A DNA stretch of 64,000 nucleotides from Raillietiella orientalis (taxonomy: Eukaryota), in contig JAYWIR010000002.1 in NCBI GenBank assembly GCA_036172245.1, positions 6,820,001 through 6,884,000 on the forward strand, given 5' to 3'. A program made the position numbers and the translations under genes. This document shows positions 1 through 14,200 of the stretch, piece after piece; position 1 is the stretch's first letter, and every line of letters begins with the position of its first letter. The notes below the pieces were generated by a model, which was not told where the DNA came from, ran no database searches, and saw only the letters and a program-made list of their open reading frames with translations.

Positions 1-2234
1 GCAGGAGCGTTCGCGCGAGCGCTGAAGCAGCCCAGTGACAACAGTAAAACCGCGGCTCGGGACTGCCAGCTCGAGTAGTTCGCCCACGCATTTGTGCGAG
101 CGTCGCGTGCGCCACTACGCGACGGGTCAGGCACGGGAGCTGGGCGAAGCGGCCAGGGTGACAGGCGACCGAGAGGAGAATCCGGCACGCACAGGCGGGT
201 GGAACGAGCCGTCGCGGACCCCCGTGTACAGAGAAGCACGGAGCATGTGCGCCCTCGTCGTGACTGCGCGCGTGCGCAGTCACGCCAGCGATCGGCAAAC
301 CGGACCGAACTTGCACACAGCCAGGGAGATGCATGAGCACACAGAATCCTCCCGCCTCTCGACGGAAAGGACAGGAAAGAAGCGCGCTCGCGCTGCTGCG
401 CGGCTGCTTCGCAGACGTCTCCATGCTGACGTTAGCGTCCCCCCCCCCCGTCCTGCTTCCTCGTCCCCATTCCGAAGGTGCGAGAGAACATGTCGATGCT
501 CCGCTCGCTTTCGAGTCTTCTCCTTCATTCGTACGTCTTTCCGCTCTGAGGGCAGGGGGGGAACATGGTTGCTGGTTTGCGACTAAGAGTCTCGCTAGGT
601 AGGAAGGAAAGAAAGGAAATGGCATCGAATTCCGGAGGAGGCTTCTGCTTCGTGGTTTGGTTCCACGTCCCCCTTCCCCCTCTCTATCTCAAAGACACAC
701 GCGTGATGTTTCTCTCAATCCGCCTCCCTCATCCCATCCACCCCACTTCCGCGAGCGAGCCCTGCAGAGAACTTGCACTCGCTACCAGCTCGAGCAATCT
801 CGGGTTTCCCCAGAATGAGAGGTTGCCACAGAAAGACCTGACAGTTTCCTTCGAAACTGCTGATGACGACAGACGGATGTTTGCAGCCACCCTCTAGCGA
901 GAACTCCTCCCCGGACCACTGAAGCGATTCGCCATCCCTTCCCGTCCAATTTGCTTCCCTCTGGATCCTTCGGGAGCAAACGCGTATAAGGATTGTGGAT
1001 CCCTCTCCCTCCGCCCTATCCCAACTGCCTCGCTGCATCTCCGCAACCGAAACGGCGCTCGGAAGGTGTGGTGCTCTTACGATCCTGAAATTCCCATTGC
1101 AGGTGTCCGCACTCACTCTCCCAGATGGTCTTGAGCTCGGTGGAATTTATGACCGCCCGCTCGCAATTTGCTCGATGGCCAACGGCCTCAATGATGCATG
1201 ACCGATTGCGCGAGCTCACCGGCTTGCTGGACCACCGCCGACAAAGGCGGATGATGAGGCAAGGGGCTCCTCGAAAGTGCGGGAGGGCATCTTGGTCCAC
1301 GCGCCGCCGCATCACGCAGCTCCGTGGAAACGCACTCGTGCACTCGGAAACGTTTGGACGTCAGGGGAAGAAGCGACGCTCCCGCCGGAAAGTCTGAGCG
1401 CCACATTTCTCGAGGATTGCGATCGCTTTGCTAAGTGAAGCAATAGTCGTCGTTCTGTAGCTCATCTGCACCCGAGTGATGCCAGGATGTAGCCGTGGAT
1501 TGAGTGGCTGCAGCGGTTGGTTGCTGCGAGCTCGAGGACGCGCGCCACCTGCTCGTTGGCTTCGAGCCTCCCGCGTTTGGGAGGGCGTTCCTTCGCCAGC
1601 ATCCAGAGCCATCTCTGCTCGAGATCCGCTGCGGATCCGGGGTCACAGGGCACCAGTGCGAACCCGTCATGATCCTCTCCGCCTCGACAGCAAGGGTAAC
1701 AACAGCAACGTTCTCCCCGTCTCGAAGATCTCCAATGTCGCTTCGCTTCGGCCTTCTCTACGTACCCAACCGTCCTCCTGATGTCTCGAAGGCAGCGCGA
1801 CCCCTTCCGCTCTTGATGTCCGGCCTTCTCTGCTCGCCCCAAACACGTATGTGCTGCTGTCAGGAGGGGCGGGTTCTCCCGGTGGGAAACAGGCAAGAGG
1901 CCGAACAGGGCCAGACTGCATCCAAGCACATCCCACGAGAAATGATGCAGACTAGTACCCAGGAGCGTCACGGGAACCCTCGCTTGAGCACAGTGAGATG
2001 CCGCCGCCTGTGACCGCTGCTTTCCCGCTGCGAGCACGCAGATGCTGACTTTCCGGGGTTACGAGGGGCGTGCCTGTGGGTCGAAAGACCTTGCGGCGAG
2101 ATCATCCGTGCTCGTCTCCATCTTACTCCCTCATCCCTAAAGCAGGGGTGAGGGCTTGTGGCGAGTCAATTTCGAAAAGTCAGCTTCGCTACCGTGCAGT
2201 GGTCTCATGCAAGAACCACCCTCCTCTCCCCTAG

Positions 2235-5200
2235 GGACGTGGTCAGCCAAGCGATCGGCAGAGAGATTTCGCTCATATCACAGTCGGACCCCGTCGTGCT
2301 GGAAATGAAAATATCGGCACAAAGCAGCTACGGGGCTTTCCACTGCTCCGTCATCAAGATAGACTTCAAGGACACACTGATGTACCAGGTGAGTGCGCTC
2401 TCGATCCCACCATGCAGAGCAAGAAACACCTCTGGGGCATTGTGCTTCGTGAGCCACGCGGCCGCTGTGCATCCCGCTGCGAGAGGGTTGAATGCTTCCT
2501 TCCACCGGGAGTCTGCAGTGGCAACCGACGGATGTCGGTTTTGGGAGGGAGGTCATCACAGCACACTGAGCTGTTCAACGCGATTCCATCGTCACCAGGG
2601 TCGTCACCACAGCTCATGAATTCCTCTCCTCCCCTTCCCTTCCCCAAAGGGAAGAGTCCTCTCTCACTTGGTGAGACTGCGTGGTTCGTCCCTCTTGGCC
2701 GCACTGGTGCGCTCGAATTTCCGTCTCTTCCACAAGACGGGACGCGAGACGCTCGCAAGTCCGCCTGCGAAGAAAGAAAGCATCGTCATGGGGACATCAG
2801 GATCATGTCCTATCGGACGAGATCTTTGGGAAAGAAACTGGCCATCGTTGAAGGAAAGTGGAAAAAAGATGGCAGAACTAGTGGACTGCTGCCAAGGTCC
2901 GGGGAGCCTTGCAAAATTGCCACCAACCACCGTCATCGTCATGTATCCGGAAGAACCAGCTGATGCTGCCGCCTTGAAAGTGAAAGGCGTGGCAGTGCTT
3001 TTCTTGCTCCCCTTGTGCCAACTGCCAAGAAGCTTTAAGTTCAACTGCACAGATGGAAGAACTATTGTCGAGCTGACTCAGCATCGGTCACGGGTACCGA
3101 AGATAAAGGAACACTCCAGTTTGCCGCAGAGATCATGTGGCAGCCGCGACATCCAGGAGCGAACAAGCATCAACTAGCAGTCAGCAGCTTTAAACCCTCC
3201 TTGATGGAAGCATTCATTAGGGAATGCGGTCAGCTGACGACTTATGCGTCGTCGCGTCAAAGACCCGTTTCGATTGCCGTGACCAGATCGAGGATCACAG
3301 GACCGCGTTCCAACTCGTGATGGCTCTGGTAGAGTTTCCACATTTGCAGGTGGTGGTCGAGGTCGAGGTGGTCGACTTGACGAGGGATTAGAAGGAACCG
3401 TCCATGTGACGAGGACTCCTTACTCGCTACCCGGTCTGGACGGCGAGAGAGGACAGAGAGAAAGAAAATCGTAGAGCAGAGGCACTGCCAAGAGGATAGC
3501 TCTGTCCACGGCATCGGCTCAGAGCGACGGCAGGCGATGCGAAGAACGCGAGAGGTCGGGACCATTTCGGAGATTTTTGGCGATTTCCCAAGAAGCGATT
3601 TCCAGACGGACCCAAAGGAAGGGTGGCCGGTGGCGTAGGTGGCAGCGGGTGTGCACTCCTCCGGATTCAGAGTCGAACGCACGACCCGGCTCGCCTGTGG
3701 GCAGCTCTACCTGCCCTAAAAGGCAAGTGAGGTCCTTTCTTGGACCCCTCCGAACCTCCGTCTCTCCTCCCTCCTTCGACCTGCAGTAAGAAGGAGGAGG
3801 AAGGACCTTTGCCCTTCGCGCTTCCAAGCAGCAGCTCTCACCTCCCTCTCCTCTCTTCCCTGGTCTCAAGCGGTATTTAGACGGGTGTGCATGCGGTGTC
3901 TTTAGAGTCGGTGCAGAAAAGACGCAACGCGCGGGACGGGCACACGGCGGCAGGAGTTGAGGAACTCTTCCGACGGAATGGTCGCGACTGCAGTTCTTTT
4001 CCCTTTCAGCACTGCCTCGTAAAGTTCGCCATTCAGAACGTGGGCCAGGTGGAGCTGCCCTTCCAGTGGGATGTGCAGCTGAGCGCCCCCCAAGAAGCGC
4101 TTCCTCGTCTTGGTGAGTCCTCAACCAGCCGCAGCCGCTCCAGGAGGAACGGTACGCGGAGCACGGCTTCGACACGCGTCCCCGTGTTCTCCAGGGAGCC
4201 CTGCCCGCCGGCAGAAAGCCACTCCTTTCCGGATACTCCCTTCTGCTGGCACCATCCTGGAAGATTCCCAGCTGGATTTCTCAGCTCTTTTCTGCCCCCT
4301 GGACTGCGCCAGCTACCATGGGGTGGCATCTTGCAAGTAAGCGACTGCTGCACCGCCGCCATCGACTAGCACCGAGACCGCGACTCCCTCCCAGGCAAGG
4401 AGAACGGTGGCTGCCGACTGCTCCAAGGCGCCGCTTTTGGGAAGGGGTGGGGGGAGGTGTTAAGAATGCCGGCCGGGAGGGAAAAGGAGGCCGCCTGTGA
4501 GATATTTTTCCTTTTTTGCTTTTCCTTTCCATTTATGCACGTCGCGCGTGCGTGGAGGGGGAAAGGGGCAGGAGGTTTCTTCGTTTTCAGGACAGCCCTT
4601 CTTGTCAGCAGCGGTCGCCGTTGTCACCGTAGTGCGCCCATCCTCTTGAAGTTTCGCGGACGGTGCAGGCCTCTTTTCGCTGTTCCTGCGTAGAAGCAAG
4701 CAACCAGCAGTTCCCCTTCCAGCGACCGTCCCGGCCGGCGGCTGCTTCTCCTCCCCTCCTCTCCCCATTCTGCTGAAAAGGCCGACGAGGATGGACAGAA
4801 GGACATCCTTGCATTTGGGATAGGGATCCTTGTTGGCCTTGAGAATTGCCCATCAACCAGCCTCCAGCTGGGAGCTCTCCCGCCCTCCTCCGAAACCCAC
4901 CCAAAGTGGACGGTATGGCCTCCGCCCTTTCTGCGGTTTCCCTCCCTGTCGCCGCCTCTACCCTGGATGCGGTCTCCACCTTGCTACCTCTCGCTCACGC
5001 ACGCATGCCCTTGTATGGCTACGAAAAAGCCTGCTCCTTCCACGGACAAGGACCGTTTTGCGGTTGTCGGTAAGGGAGGGAGGATGAAAGAGAGGAGGGA
5101 ATGGGGAGGAGCGGTCCAGAAGGCACCGACGATAATCGTCGGCGAAGACTCGCTCCCCACCACCTCCGCGCCGCGGGTGCCGTCCTGCTCTCGGCTCACT

Positions 5201-8200
5201 GTCTGTCATCTGGACGAGCTAACGTTGCTCTCTCGCGGCTTTCTGATGTCGGTTGATGCGGGGCTTCCCTGCGGGCAAGCGACCATCCTCCTCCTCACCC
5301 CACTCCGTGCTTCCAGCTTCCAGAACATCGAACCGAATCGCCCCCCGTGCCAGATCCTCCTGAGCGGGACAGGGAGACTGCCGTTCCTGCACTTGGAAGT
5401 CGAGGATTTGGACTGCTCGCGCTTGGCAGACCTGGAGGTGCTGCTGGGGGAGGGCAGATCCGGAAGTCCCCTCAGCCCAGACACAAAGGTCGTGCTTGTA
5501 GAGGCCGTAGGCCTGGGAAGAGTCATCAAGTAAGTAAGTGGGAGCCGCTCCCTGCACGTTTCCCATTCCCTTCTGCCGAACGAAGAAGGCGCAATCGGTC
5601 CCGGCCCGCATCGCTGGCAGAATAGGCAGGGCGCGACCCCAATCGTCTGCTACGAAGGGGAGGCATCGCTCAAGCGGTCAGTCACGGGAGGGGGAGAACC
5701 GGATTTTATCGGACGTGCCCACCCGGAGACGAGAGGGAGGGGTCCGCCTCTGCAGCAGCAGGGAAATGTCTTCCGGACGACGGGAAAAATAAGGAGAAAA
5801 ATCAGAAGAAGGATCCTCACTGGAAGCACCCCGGTGGATCTTGAAGATTTTTGCTCGTGAATGGATTCGTTCCCTGGTCCCTTCTTCCCACGCCCTTCCA
5901 CTCCATCGGGATGCCTTCCGTTCTTCCATCCCTCCCTCCCCCTCGTCTTTTTCTTTCTTTGAGAGGTGGATCCGATGATCCCGGGCGGGAGGGAAGAAGG
6001 AACAACGAGCTGGAGGGCGGTCTCGAATCGGGAACCGGCGGCACGAACCGGTGGCTTCTGACGGTGCCACACCTTTCCGGGACTCCGCAAGCACGTGTCA
6101 CCGAAGCGAAGGTCATTCGGGGTGGATACGGAAGCGGCGGAAAGGTCACAGGTCTGCTATCCGGAATGTGTGAGGGGCGGAGCTCAGATGGATGCTCGCG
6201 ACTCGCGAGAGTGCAGATTGCAATTGGCGCACGCAAGGTACACCACGACCGCCGCGGCCGCCCGCACTCGGAGCTCGGGTGGAGAAGGAAGGGGTGGAAG
6301 GGGAGGAATAGGCAGCTCGCGATCCGATCCCTTTTTTTCGGCATGGTCCGTTGGGTGCACTCAGAAGCCTGTTGCTGTCATCTGGGACCAGGTGGGAGCG
6401 GAGGCATCTCTGTCCTACCTGGAGGGAAGAGGGCCGCGAAGAGGAAATTAGGAATACCCGAAGGGTCCGCAGCAAACAAACCGCCCACCCACATCGCTTG
6501 GCTTTCATAGAGAGAGAGAGAGAGGCGGAGATCTCCGCCCTTAAGGGGTGTGACGGAGTTCGAGAGAAGGCGAGCAAGCACTTCCCTGGAAACACGGGAT
6601 TGACCGCTAACTCCCGCTTAATGAACCCACGGGGGGTGACGCTCGAAAGACGGCGGTGCGTGAGCAGCCATCGGCCCAAGGGGCGCAAAGCATGGAATCT
6701 CTTGATGGCCAGGACTTGCCCCGTGTGCGCCACGCACACGCGCGGGCACAAAATCAGGTGCTGCTACTGCTAGCCATGCCGATGGCGCACCTGTGATGGT
6801 GCGTGGAAGGCGGGTGGGTGCGTCTTTACGGAGCACCGGCAGTTTGTCGGCCCACAGGACAGCAGCGGTTCTTTTGGCAGGCGCACACTCACCGTCCCAC
6901 TCTTTGCGCTAGCGCCAGCGACAGGCAGCAACACCTTCCACTCGACCTTTCAAAAAAGAGTGCGCTCGGAACGTGAAAGTAAGGAGACGGTTGGCCACCT
7001 CCCCAACGAAGAAGCTCCTGTTGCTGGGGATGGCTTTGCGCAAAACCTCGAAAGAGATGCAGCTAAGCCGACGGCCGAGGTCTGCCTCCGTATGCTTCTC
7101 GGCCTTTCAAGAGGTGTTGGGATGTCGAAGATTCACCAGGACTGCCGCGGGCAACCTGCCCGCGGCTGGAAGACGGACGGAAGAAATGGAAGGAGAGCTG
7201 GAGAAAAGTGCCATCAGTCGGTAGCGATCGTGCGCGTCGATTCTTCCTCCGGAAGCCGACCTGAAGCACCCAGGATAGTGAGCTGGGATTCCACACTCGT
7301 CCGCCGGGGTCCAGACGAGGAGCGGTGGCTCAGGCATGGCGGCACCCTCGTGACGGAATTCCTGCTCTCAGTGCGGGTTTGCTGGCGAATCGAACCCGCG
7401 CTGGGAAGCAAATAACGCCGGTGGCCACGAGCAGACCCAAGCATAGGAAAAAAGGGGAGCAGGCTTTGGCCAGTGGACAACTCTCGCAATCTCCGGGAGA
7501 CATTCTTGGGCGCGGCTTCATCGTCCGGCGCCGGCTGCTGTTTCCTGTGCTCTGTAAAAAGCCAGCCGTGGATGGTTCCTTCCTCCTCTTTTTTTTTGTT
7601 TTTGTTTTTCGCTGATGGTGATGACTGGCAAGTAGCCACGGTTGGTTCTTCTTCCCTTCTTCCCAGGAGCTTCTACACCACGAATCCCACCAGCGTCGAC
7701 TGCGATTTTCAGTGGGAGCGTGAAGATCCTCCGGGACCGATCAACTGCCTCACCTCAAGCGGAAGGATCTCTAAGGGGAGCAAAACCGAGATGGCGTTCG
7801 AATTCCTCCCTAACACTACCTTGGAAGCGGTGGCATCTTTGTGGAAGCTGCAAGTCTCCCCGTACAGAATCGCTGTCCCGTTCCTTTTTGTCGGGAAGAC
7901 ACGGAACGTGGACGTGACTGCGGACAGGTGCCACCTTACCCTGAAAACAACGCATCTGGGTATGAGATGATTCGCGTGCTGCTGCTGCTGCTACTGCCGC
8001 TGTAAGCACGCTTCTCGCCCCGTCAGCTGACGCTTTCCTGCGTTACCCGCTCGCAACGCCTGCATCGCGTTTCACGTTCCGCCGGTGCTCGAGCAGTGCT
8101 GTGTGTGTCCCGCACAGGTGGAACGGCCACGGACACCTTCCTCTTGACGAATAGGGAGCGGAACCCCGTCTTCATAGAGTTCGACAAGGACTCCCTCCTA

Positions 8201-11200
8201 GCGGTCGATCAGGCGGAGAAGATCCAGCTCGACCCCCTGAGATGCGAGCTGCCGGCTGACTCGGTCACGCCAATCAGGTGAGGCGTCTCCGCCGCACAAA
8301 GGAGCCTTCGCTCCTTGAAGATCTCTTCCTCCTCCCCTTTACTCACTCACTCACCTACATTCTCCCGCGGTGTTTCCTTCCTCCCTTGCGAATGGACCAA
8401 TCAGGGTGAAGTATCAGCCACGATCCACGGGACGATTCAGCTTCAACGTGAGGTGCATCGTGTCTCACGCCCTCCGTCCCATCCACGTGAACGTCAAATC
8501 CCGCTGTGTCGCAGCCTCCGCCAGGGTCACCTTCGAGGTGGAGGGCAAGGCAGTCCAGGAGCTCGAACCAGGGAGCCTCAGTACCATTGACCTGGGAGAG
8601 GTGAGTAGGGCGAAGCGAGGAGGACAGCCCGTCCGTCAGCGTGCGCTCCTTCGACGGTTTGCGCCGCGTCCGTCCGCTCCTTGTCAAATCGTCTCTTTCC
8701 CCATCCCACTCGTTGCCCTTGGAAGAGCTGCTCCTTCCCTTGTTGGAGACGGAGCAGAGTTTTCAGGAACGCCATTACGTCGAAGTCCGCCGTCTGCTGC
8801 CGTTGCAGAATCGGCGAGGTCGGCGGCCGACTCGCTTTCCTCCCCTCCCCCTCCCTCCTTCCCTTCCTCTTCCTTCCTTTTCCTTTTGCTCGGACCGGAC
8901 CCGAAGATTCGCCTGCTGCGAATGTTCCGCTTTCCCTCGGACCCGAGGAAACCCGGCTGCCGCCCCGGAACGTTTGCGAGACTCTTGTGCCCTTAGGTCG
9001 AGGTCAACGCGGTCGTCAAGAAGAAGTGCACCATCAGCAACGTGGGAGACTTGGATTTCCATTTTCGCTGGGAAGCTCCCCACTCCGAGTGGACGAGTCC
9101 GTTCACCATAGAAGCGGACCCGACCGAGAAGTGGGTGAAGTCCGGGCACGCGGAGGACTGCCAGATCAGCTTCTCGCAAGCGATTGCCGGCCCCATCAGA
9201 GATGCTCTTTTGGTGCTGAAGGTAGGATCCGCCGCACGGACGCTCCCGCTCCTGACACTGGACCCTGCCTTCCCCCCCTTCCGGTAGATCGAATTTGGGA
9301 AGACTTACAGAGTGCAGCTCGCGGGCACGGTCCAGCCCACAAGCCTCAGGTTTTCCTTCCGCAGATTTGACTTCGGACCCTGCTTCGTCCACAGCCAGGG
9401 CATGCCGGAGGACGAAGCGCACCTCCGCGTGGAGAACACGGGAGACCGCCCCGTCAGGTAGAGAACGACAACACCAGCCTTCCCTTCGCCACAGCTGCCG
9501 CCTGCGCTCGGCTCGCGGGTCAGCCACGACTGGCACCCGTCGTGGAGGAGGAGGAGGAGAAGGAAGCAAATTCCTTTGCCTCATTCTCCGCCGCCAGGCC
9601 TCAGGACTTCGCCTCGGTCACCCTCCTCCCTTAGAAACCTCCCTTCTCTTCTGCGGGCGGTGGCGCCAGACTCCCGGTTTGGTCCGCTTCTCCCCATTTC
9701 TCGTCCGAGTCCTCAACCAGCTTGCAGAGAACGAATGCAGGGAGCCTCCGAGCGCGCGCGTGGTTTTCATCGGGAGAGGGGAGCAGCGCGAGGTCAGCTC
9801 CGAGCTTTGCCCGCTGCTTCCCGTTTCGCCGGAAGCAGTCAACCCCCCCCCCCCCCCTCCGCTCCCGGTTCCCTCGCAACGTTCTCCTCTCTCCGCCCTG
9901 CCTCCTGCATCATCAGCGACCTCGAGAACCCCTACGGTTTCCATCCCGTCGCCGATCACGGGCATGTCTTCTTGCCGACCTCTGTTCCTTCTGCAGCCTG
10001 AGCTGGTTCCACTCTACGGGCGGATGGCTCGTCGTCGGGGATGAGGGTGGTGGCGGAGGAGGAGGAGGACGGGAAAGGCGAGGAGGAGGAGAACTGCTGA
10101 GAGCCCACGAGGCGCAGGAGATCGTAATCCGCTTCCGGCCCAATGCCTGCAGGAAATTCAAAGAAACGGTCACCTTCGTCATCAACGACCGTAACAGAGT
10201 CGGCGTCGAATTCTCCGGGAGAGGCGTCCCGATGGTGGTGAGCTCGGGTGTGGGGTGCATGACCGCCAAACCTGCCGGCGGCTCCATTCCGTCCCCGTCT
10301 CTCTCTTTAGCTGCAGAGCAAAGGGGATCACTTCAACCTGATAAATTTCGGGACCCTCGAGGTGGGCGCAACGAGGAAGAGAACCATCCCCGTCATCAAC
10401 AAGTCGAAGAGGGGAGTTCTCGCCTCCTTTTCCTGCCTGCTCCTGGACGGCGACCCCAACGCCCTGCTAGCAATCGAACTGGACCCGAACCACGCGGTCG
10501 AGATCGCTCCAGGGAAGAGCCGGAATGTCGCGGTCTCCATTTCTCCGGATCGGCGACTCGGGAAGTTCAGGGTGCAGGTCAGCATCCTCCCTCCGAAGGG
10601 TCTCTTGGGTGGTGACCTTGGCCACAAAGTGACCATGAGGTGCAGCGTTCGGCGAACCACGCGAAGCGCACATTCCGCCTCCTCCGACCGAGGACCGAAT
10701 CTCCTTTTCCCCCGTGCGGGGAGAGCTGCAGCCGAGCGTGCTCCCGCCCGTCCTTTCGGTCGGCCGGCTTCTGCATGGCGGTGCCGCCGCGCCCTCCTCC
10801 CGCAACCGCTGCGCGCGACTGCGCGCAGTCGCAGGCGACGGTCAGGCGCGCCCTATGATTCAGCAGGGCTGAGGGTGGCAAGGAGAGGGAGGCGACGATT
10901 CAAGGCGCGCACCACACTTGCAGCGTCTGTAGAGCTGCTGGCTTCCACCAACAGTGGAGGGGCGGCGGGGCGCACGGCAGTGGGCCGGAGCGAGACCGTG
11001 CTTTCCGCCGTGGTGAGTGTTCACGCAGAGGAGACGCTCCAGCAGGCGACCGGACGAATGGAACCGATGCGACCAGCAGCAGCATCGGCCTCGTTAGCCC
11101 GCTTTCTGGTCGTCGTCGTGCAGCGAGTGGAGCAACCGAAGGACCGCATCTCACCGAGCGCCACGTCGGCAACTTGAACCAACATTAGTGGGCGATCCGG

Positions 11201-14200
11201 CAGCGTCCTTCCAGGGAGGGAAAGGGATCATGCTGAATTCTCTTGTACGGCGGTGGTGCCTGGGATCGGTTTCGGCCCTGGGATCCAGGGACGGAATCTG
11301 TGGAGGGTGCTCTTCCTGCTTCGCGGTTGGTATGCCGCCGCAACTCTGTTCCCGAGCGACCCGTTCCACTCCCGCTCTGTGCTCCCGAATTGCCCTCCTT
11401 CCTGGGAAGAATGGGTTTTCACCCCGTGCTTCCAGCTGAATGCAGAGGTCTACTCGCACCTGGTGCCCCTGTGCGTGCTGAAAGGACGGGCCGCTGCCGC
11501 TCTCTTCTCCCTCGACGTCTCCGTGCTGCGTTTCGGACCGACGGTCGTCAACGGAAACAGCCAGAAGACGCTGCACATCGTGAACCAGGGCGACGTGGGC
11601 TCTCGGTGAGCAGCTTGGAGCGGCTCGTTGGGCAAGACGGTGGGCGCGCCCCCTTGTCCAGTTTCCTGTGGAACGAGGAGCGCTTCCTCCCTGAATTTTC
11701 CATCTCCCCGACGGAAGGATACGTCGCTCCGGGAGCATCTGTCTCTTGCCTGGTCAAGTTCCATCCGCAGGAACCAAAGCTCGAAATCAGCAAGGAGGTT
11801 AGAGAGGAGGGGAAGAAGCGGGCACGCGAAGGAACGAGGGTAAAACGAGCGTGGTTCGGGCGGATTCCAGAACCTGGTCTGCGAGGTCGGCGGCATGGCG
11901 AAACTGCCCCTCCGCCTGTATGGAACGTCCTGCGAAGTGACTCGTAAAGAGACCATTTCGTTTCAAACACCCGTGAGGCAGAAGCAGACGAGGAGCGTTG
12001 CCATAACGAACGAGTGAGTCCTCTTGCTCTCTCCTGTTGGCCTCGGGCATTCTCTACTCTTGCGGTGAAACAGTTCCAGCCAAGACTGGACCCTGTCACC
12101 CATCGTGGACGGTGAATTCTTCAAGGGGAACCAGCTGCTCTCGGTTCCCTTCAAGAGCGCCAAAGAATACGAAATTTCGTACAACCCGTTTGAGATGACA
12201 GCCGAAGGGCAGAGACACACGGTGAGACCGGGGAAAATCCTACCACCAGACTCACATCGGGAGCAACAGGGATCGATCTTCTTCCCCCTGAGCGAAGGCC
12301 ACGGATTGGTTTACCCGCTGAGCGGCACCGCGACGGCGCCCCTGGCGTCCTCGTCCATAGAGAGGGAGGTTCCCGCTGGCGAAACGCACGTCGAGATACT
12401 AAAGGTCAGCACGGTCTCCCCTCCTCCCGAACCGAGCTGCTGACGGGTGGGCGCGCCGGAGCAGGTGGAAAACTGGCTCGCCAAGCCACAGGTGTTCCAG
12501 GTGTCCGTCCAGGGCCAAAAGCTGGCGATGACCCTGGGAGCCAGCATCACCGGGGTCGAGCTCATCCAGGTTCCTGCGTACTCCTGCAAGGATTACGAGC
12601 TAAACTTCCTGACCTACAAGGAAGGGGCGACTTTCCAACTGCAGGTACGGCCAAGAGAGTGATACCCGGAGGGCTGCAGAGACTGACTGCTGCCTCCTTT
12701 AGGTGTACTTCCACAGCGAAGACAGCCAAGAGTACCAATACTTCGATGTCACCTTTCGCACCATCCAGAGCAAGGCAGGGCAACAGCGGCGGCAGCAGCT
12801 GGAGTTGACCGGGAACGCCCGGCACCTGATCAAGCGCAGCATCCCTGTGCACAACCCAACCCCTCTGGACGTGACGTTCCGAGTTGCCTGCAGCGTTCCG
12901 GAGATGAGCGTCCCAACCTCTCTGACGGTCGGTCCGCTTTCCCAGGTAAGCAGCAGCCCTAACCGCCGCCACCTCCCTCCGGTGTCCCTTCGAGGGGTCG
13001 TGCACGACCGCCAGTCCCAAAGCGCGAATCGCTCCCTCTCGTCCCGTTCCTCACTTCTTCTCCCCTCCCCCAGCGCTGACCGGCGGAGGCGTGCTTTCCC
13101 TCCGGATGTCCCGCTTTCCAGGAGTTGCTGGTCATGGAGTGGCTACCGAGCAAGGAGGGTCAGACGAAAGGCGCCCTCGAAATCTCATCCCAGGAGCTGG
13201 GGACGCTCACCTACGATCTCGATCTAGTGGCCGAGAGGCCGGCACTCGAGAAGGAGGTCTGCTTCGAGGCGTGCCTAGGCAGCTGCCAGACCCTGAGCGT
13301 CCCCATCCTCGTCACAGGAAAGCTGAAGACGGAATACTCCTGCCAGGTTGGTCTCGCCCACGCCTGGAGACGGGTGTCGGAATGATCTGTGGCAGACGAG
13401 CACCCCGGAATTCCAAGTTGCCAAGGCAGTGACGGTCGCCGGTCCGACCGCAGTCGCGGCGGCAGCGCAGGGCAGCGCTCTGCAGGGGAAGGTCGACGTC
13501 ACGTTCGAACCCACTGAGGTCAAAGAGTTCATCTCCACGCTGTACGTGCACTCCAGCTTGGGAATGCAGTGCAGGTGAGCGGGAGACGAAGGGTGATTTA
13601 AACTCCTGTTGGTTCGACTCTTCCTGCAGGATCCCTCTAAGGGGACGCGCGCTCCCTCCCAGGACCCAGGGACCCTTCGTCGTGAAGCAGGGAGCGCAGA
13701 CCTTCGTGCCGTTCCGGAACGTTTTCAACGTGCCCGTTTCCGTTTCCATGCACGTCACAAATCCCGCGTTCGTCATCAGGAAGAACACGGAGACTATCAG
13801 GCCCAAAAAGGTGAGTTCCCACACGCACAACCGGGAAGAGATAGACACGTGCGTTCGCCGCCGGCCACCGCGCCAGCTCTCGAAGACCGACGTGCGGCCT
13901 CAAAGGCTGGCAGGGAAGGGCACTTTCAGCCGCATGCAAAAGACCAATCAGCCCTCGAGCGCGGAGGAGGAAGAGCTGCGCCACCTCAGTGGGACGGGTC
14001 TTCTGCTTGCCGGCGAGGCAGAAAAAGACTCGCTCGCTTGCTCGCTCCGCCTCCACCCTTTTCTGGCCCTCACCCCAAGTGAACGGGAGGACGATGGAGG
14101 AGTCCAGGAAGGCCGACGCACACGGGAAAGCTAGGACGGGAACCCCTCTCGTTCCAGAGGGAAAGGAGCAGCTCGCGAGATGACTCTCCCCCGCGAGCTC

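Noticed and set aside
780..1700. Additional HYDIN exons (e.g. ~814-897, ~1103-1200, ~1514-1695)
   Set aside because: Acceptor-like sites exist, but frames hit stops or lack recognisable similarity; left uncalled.
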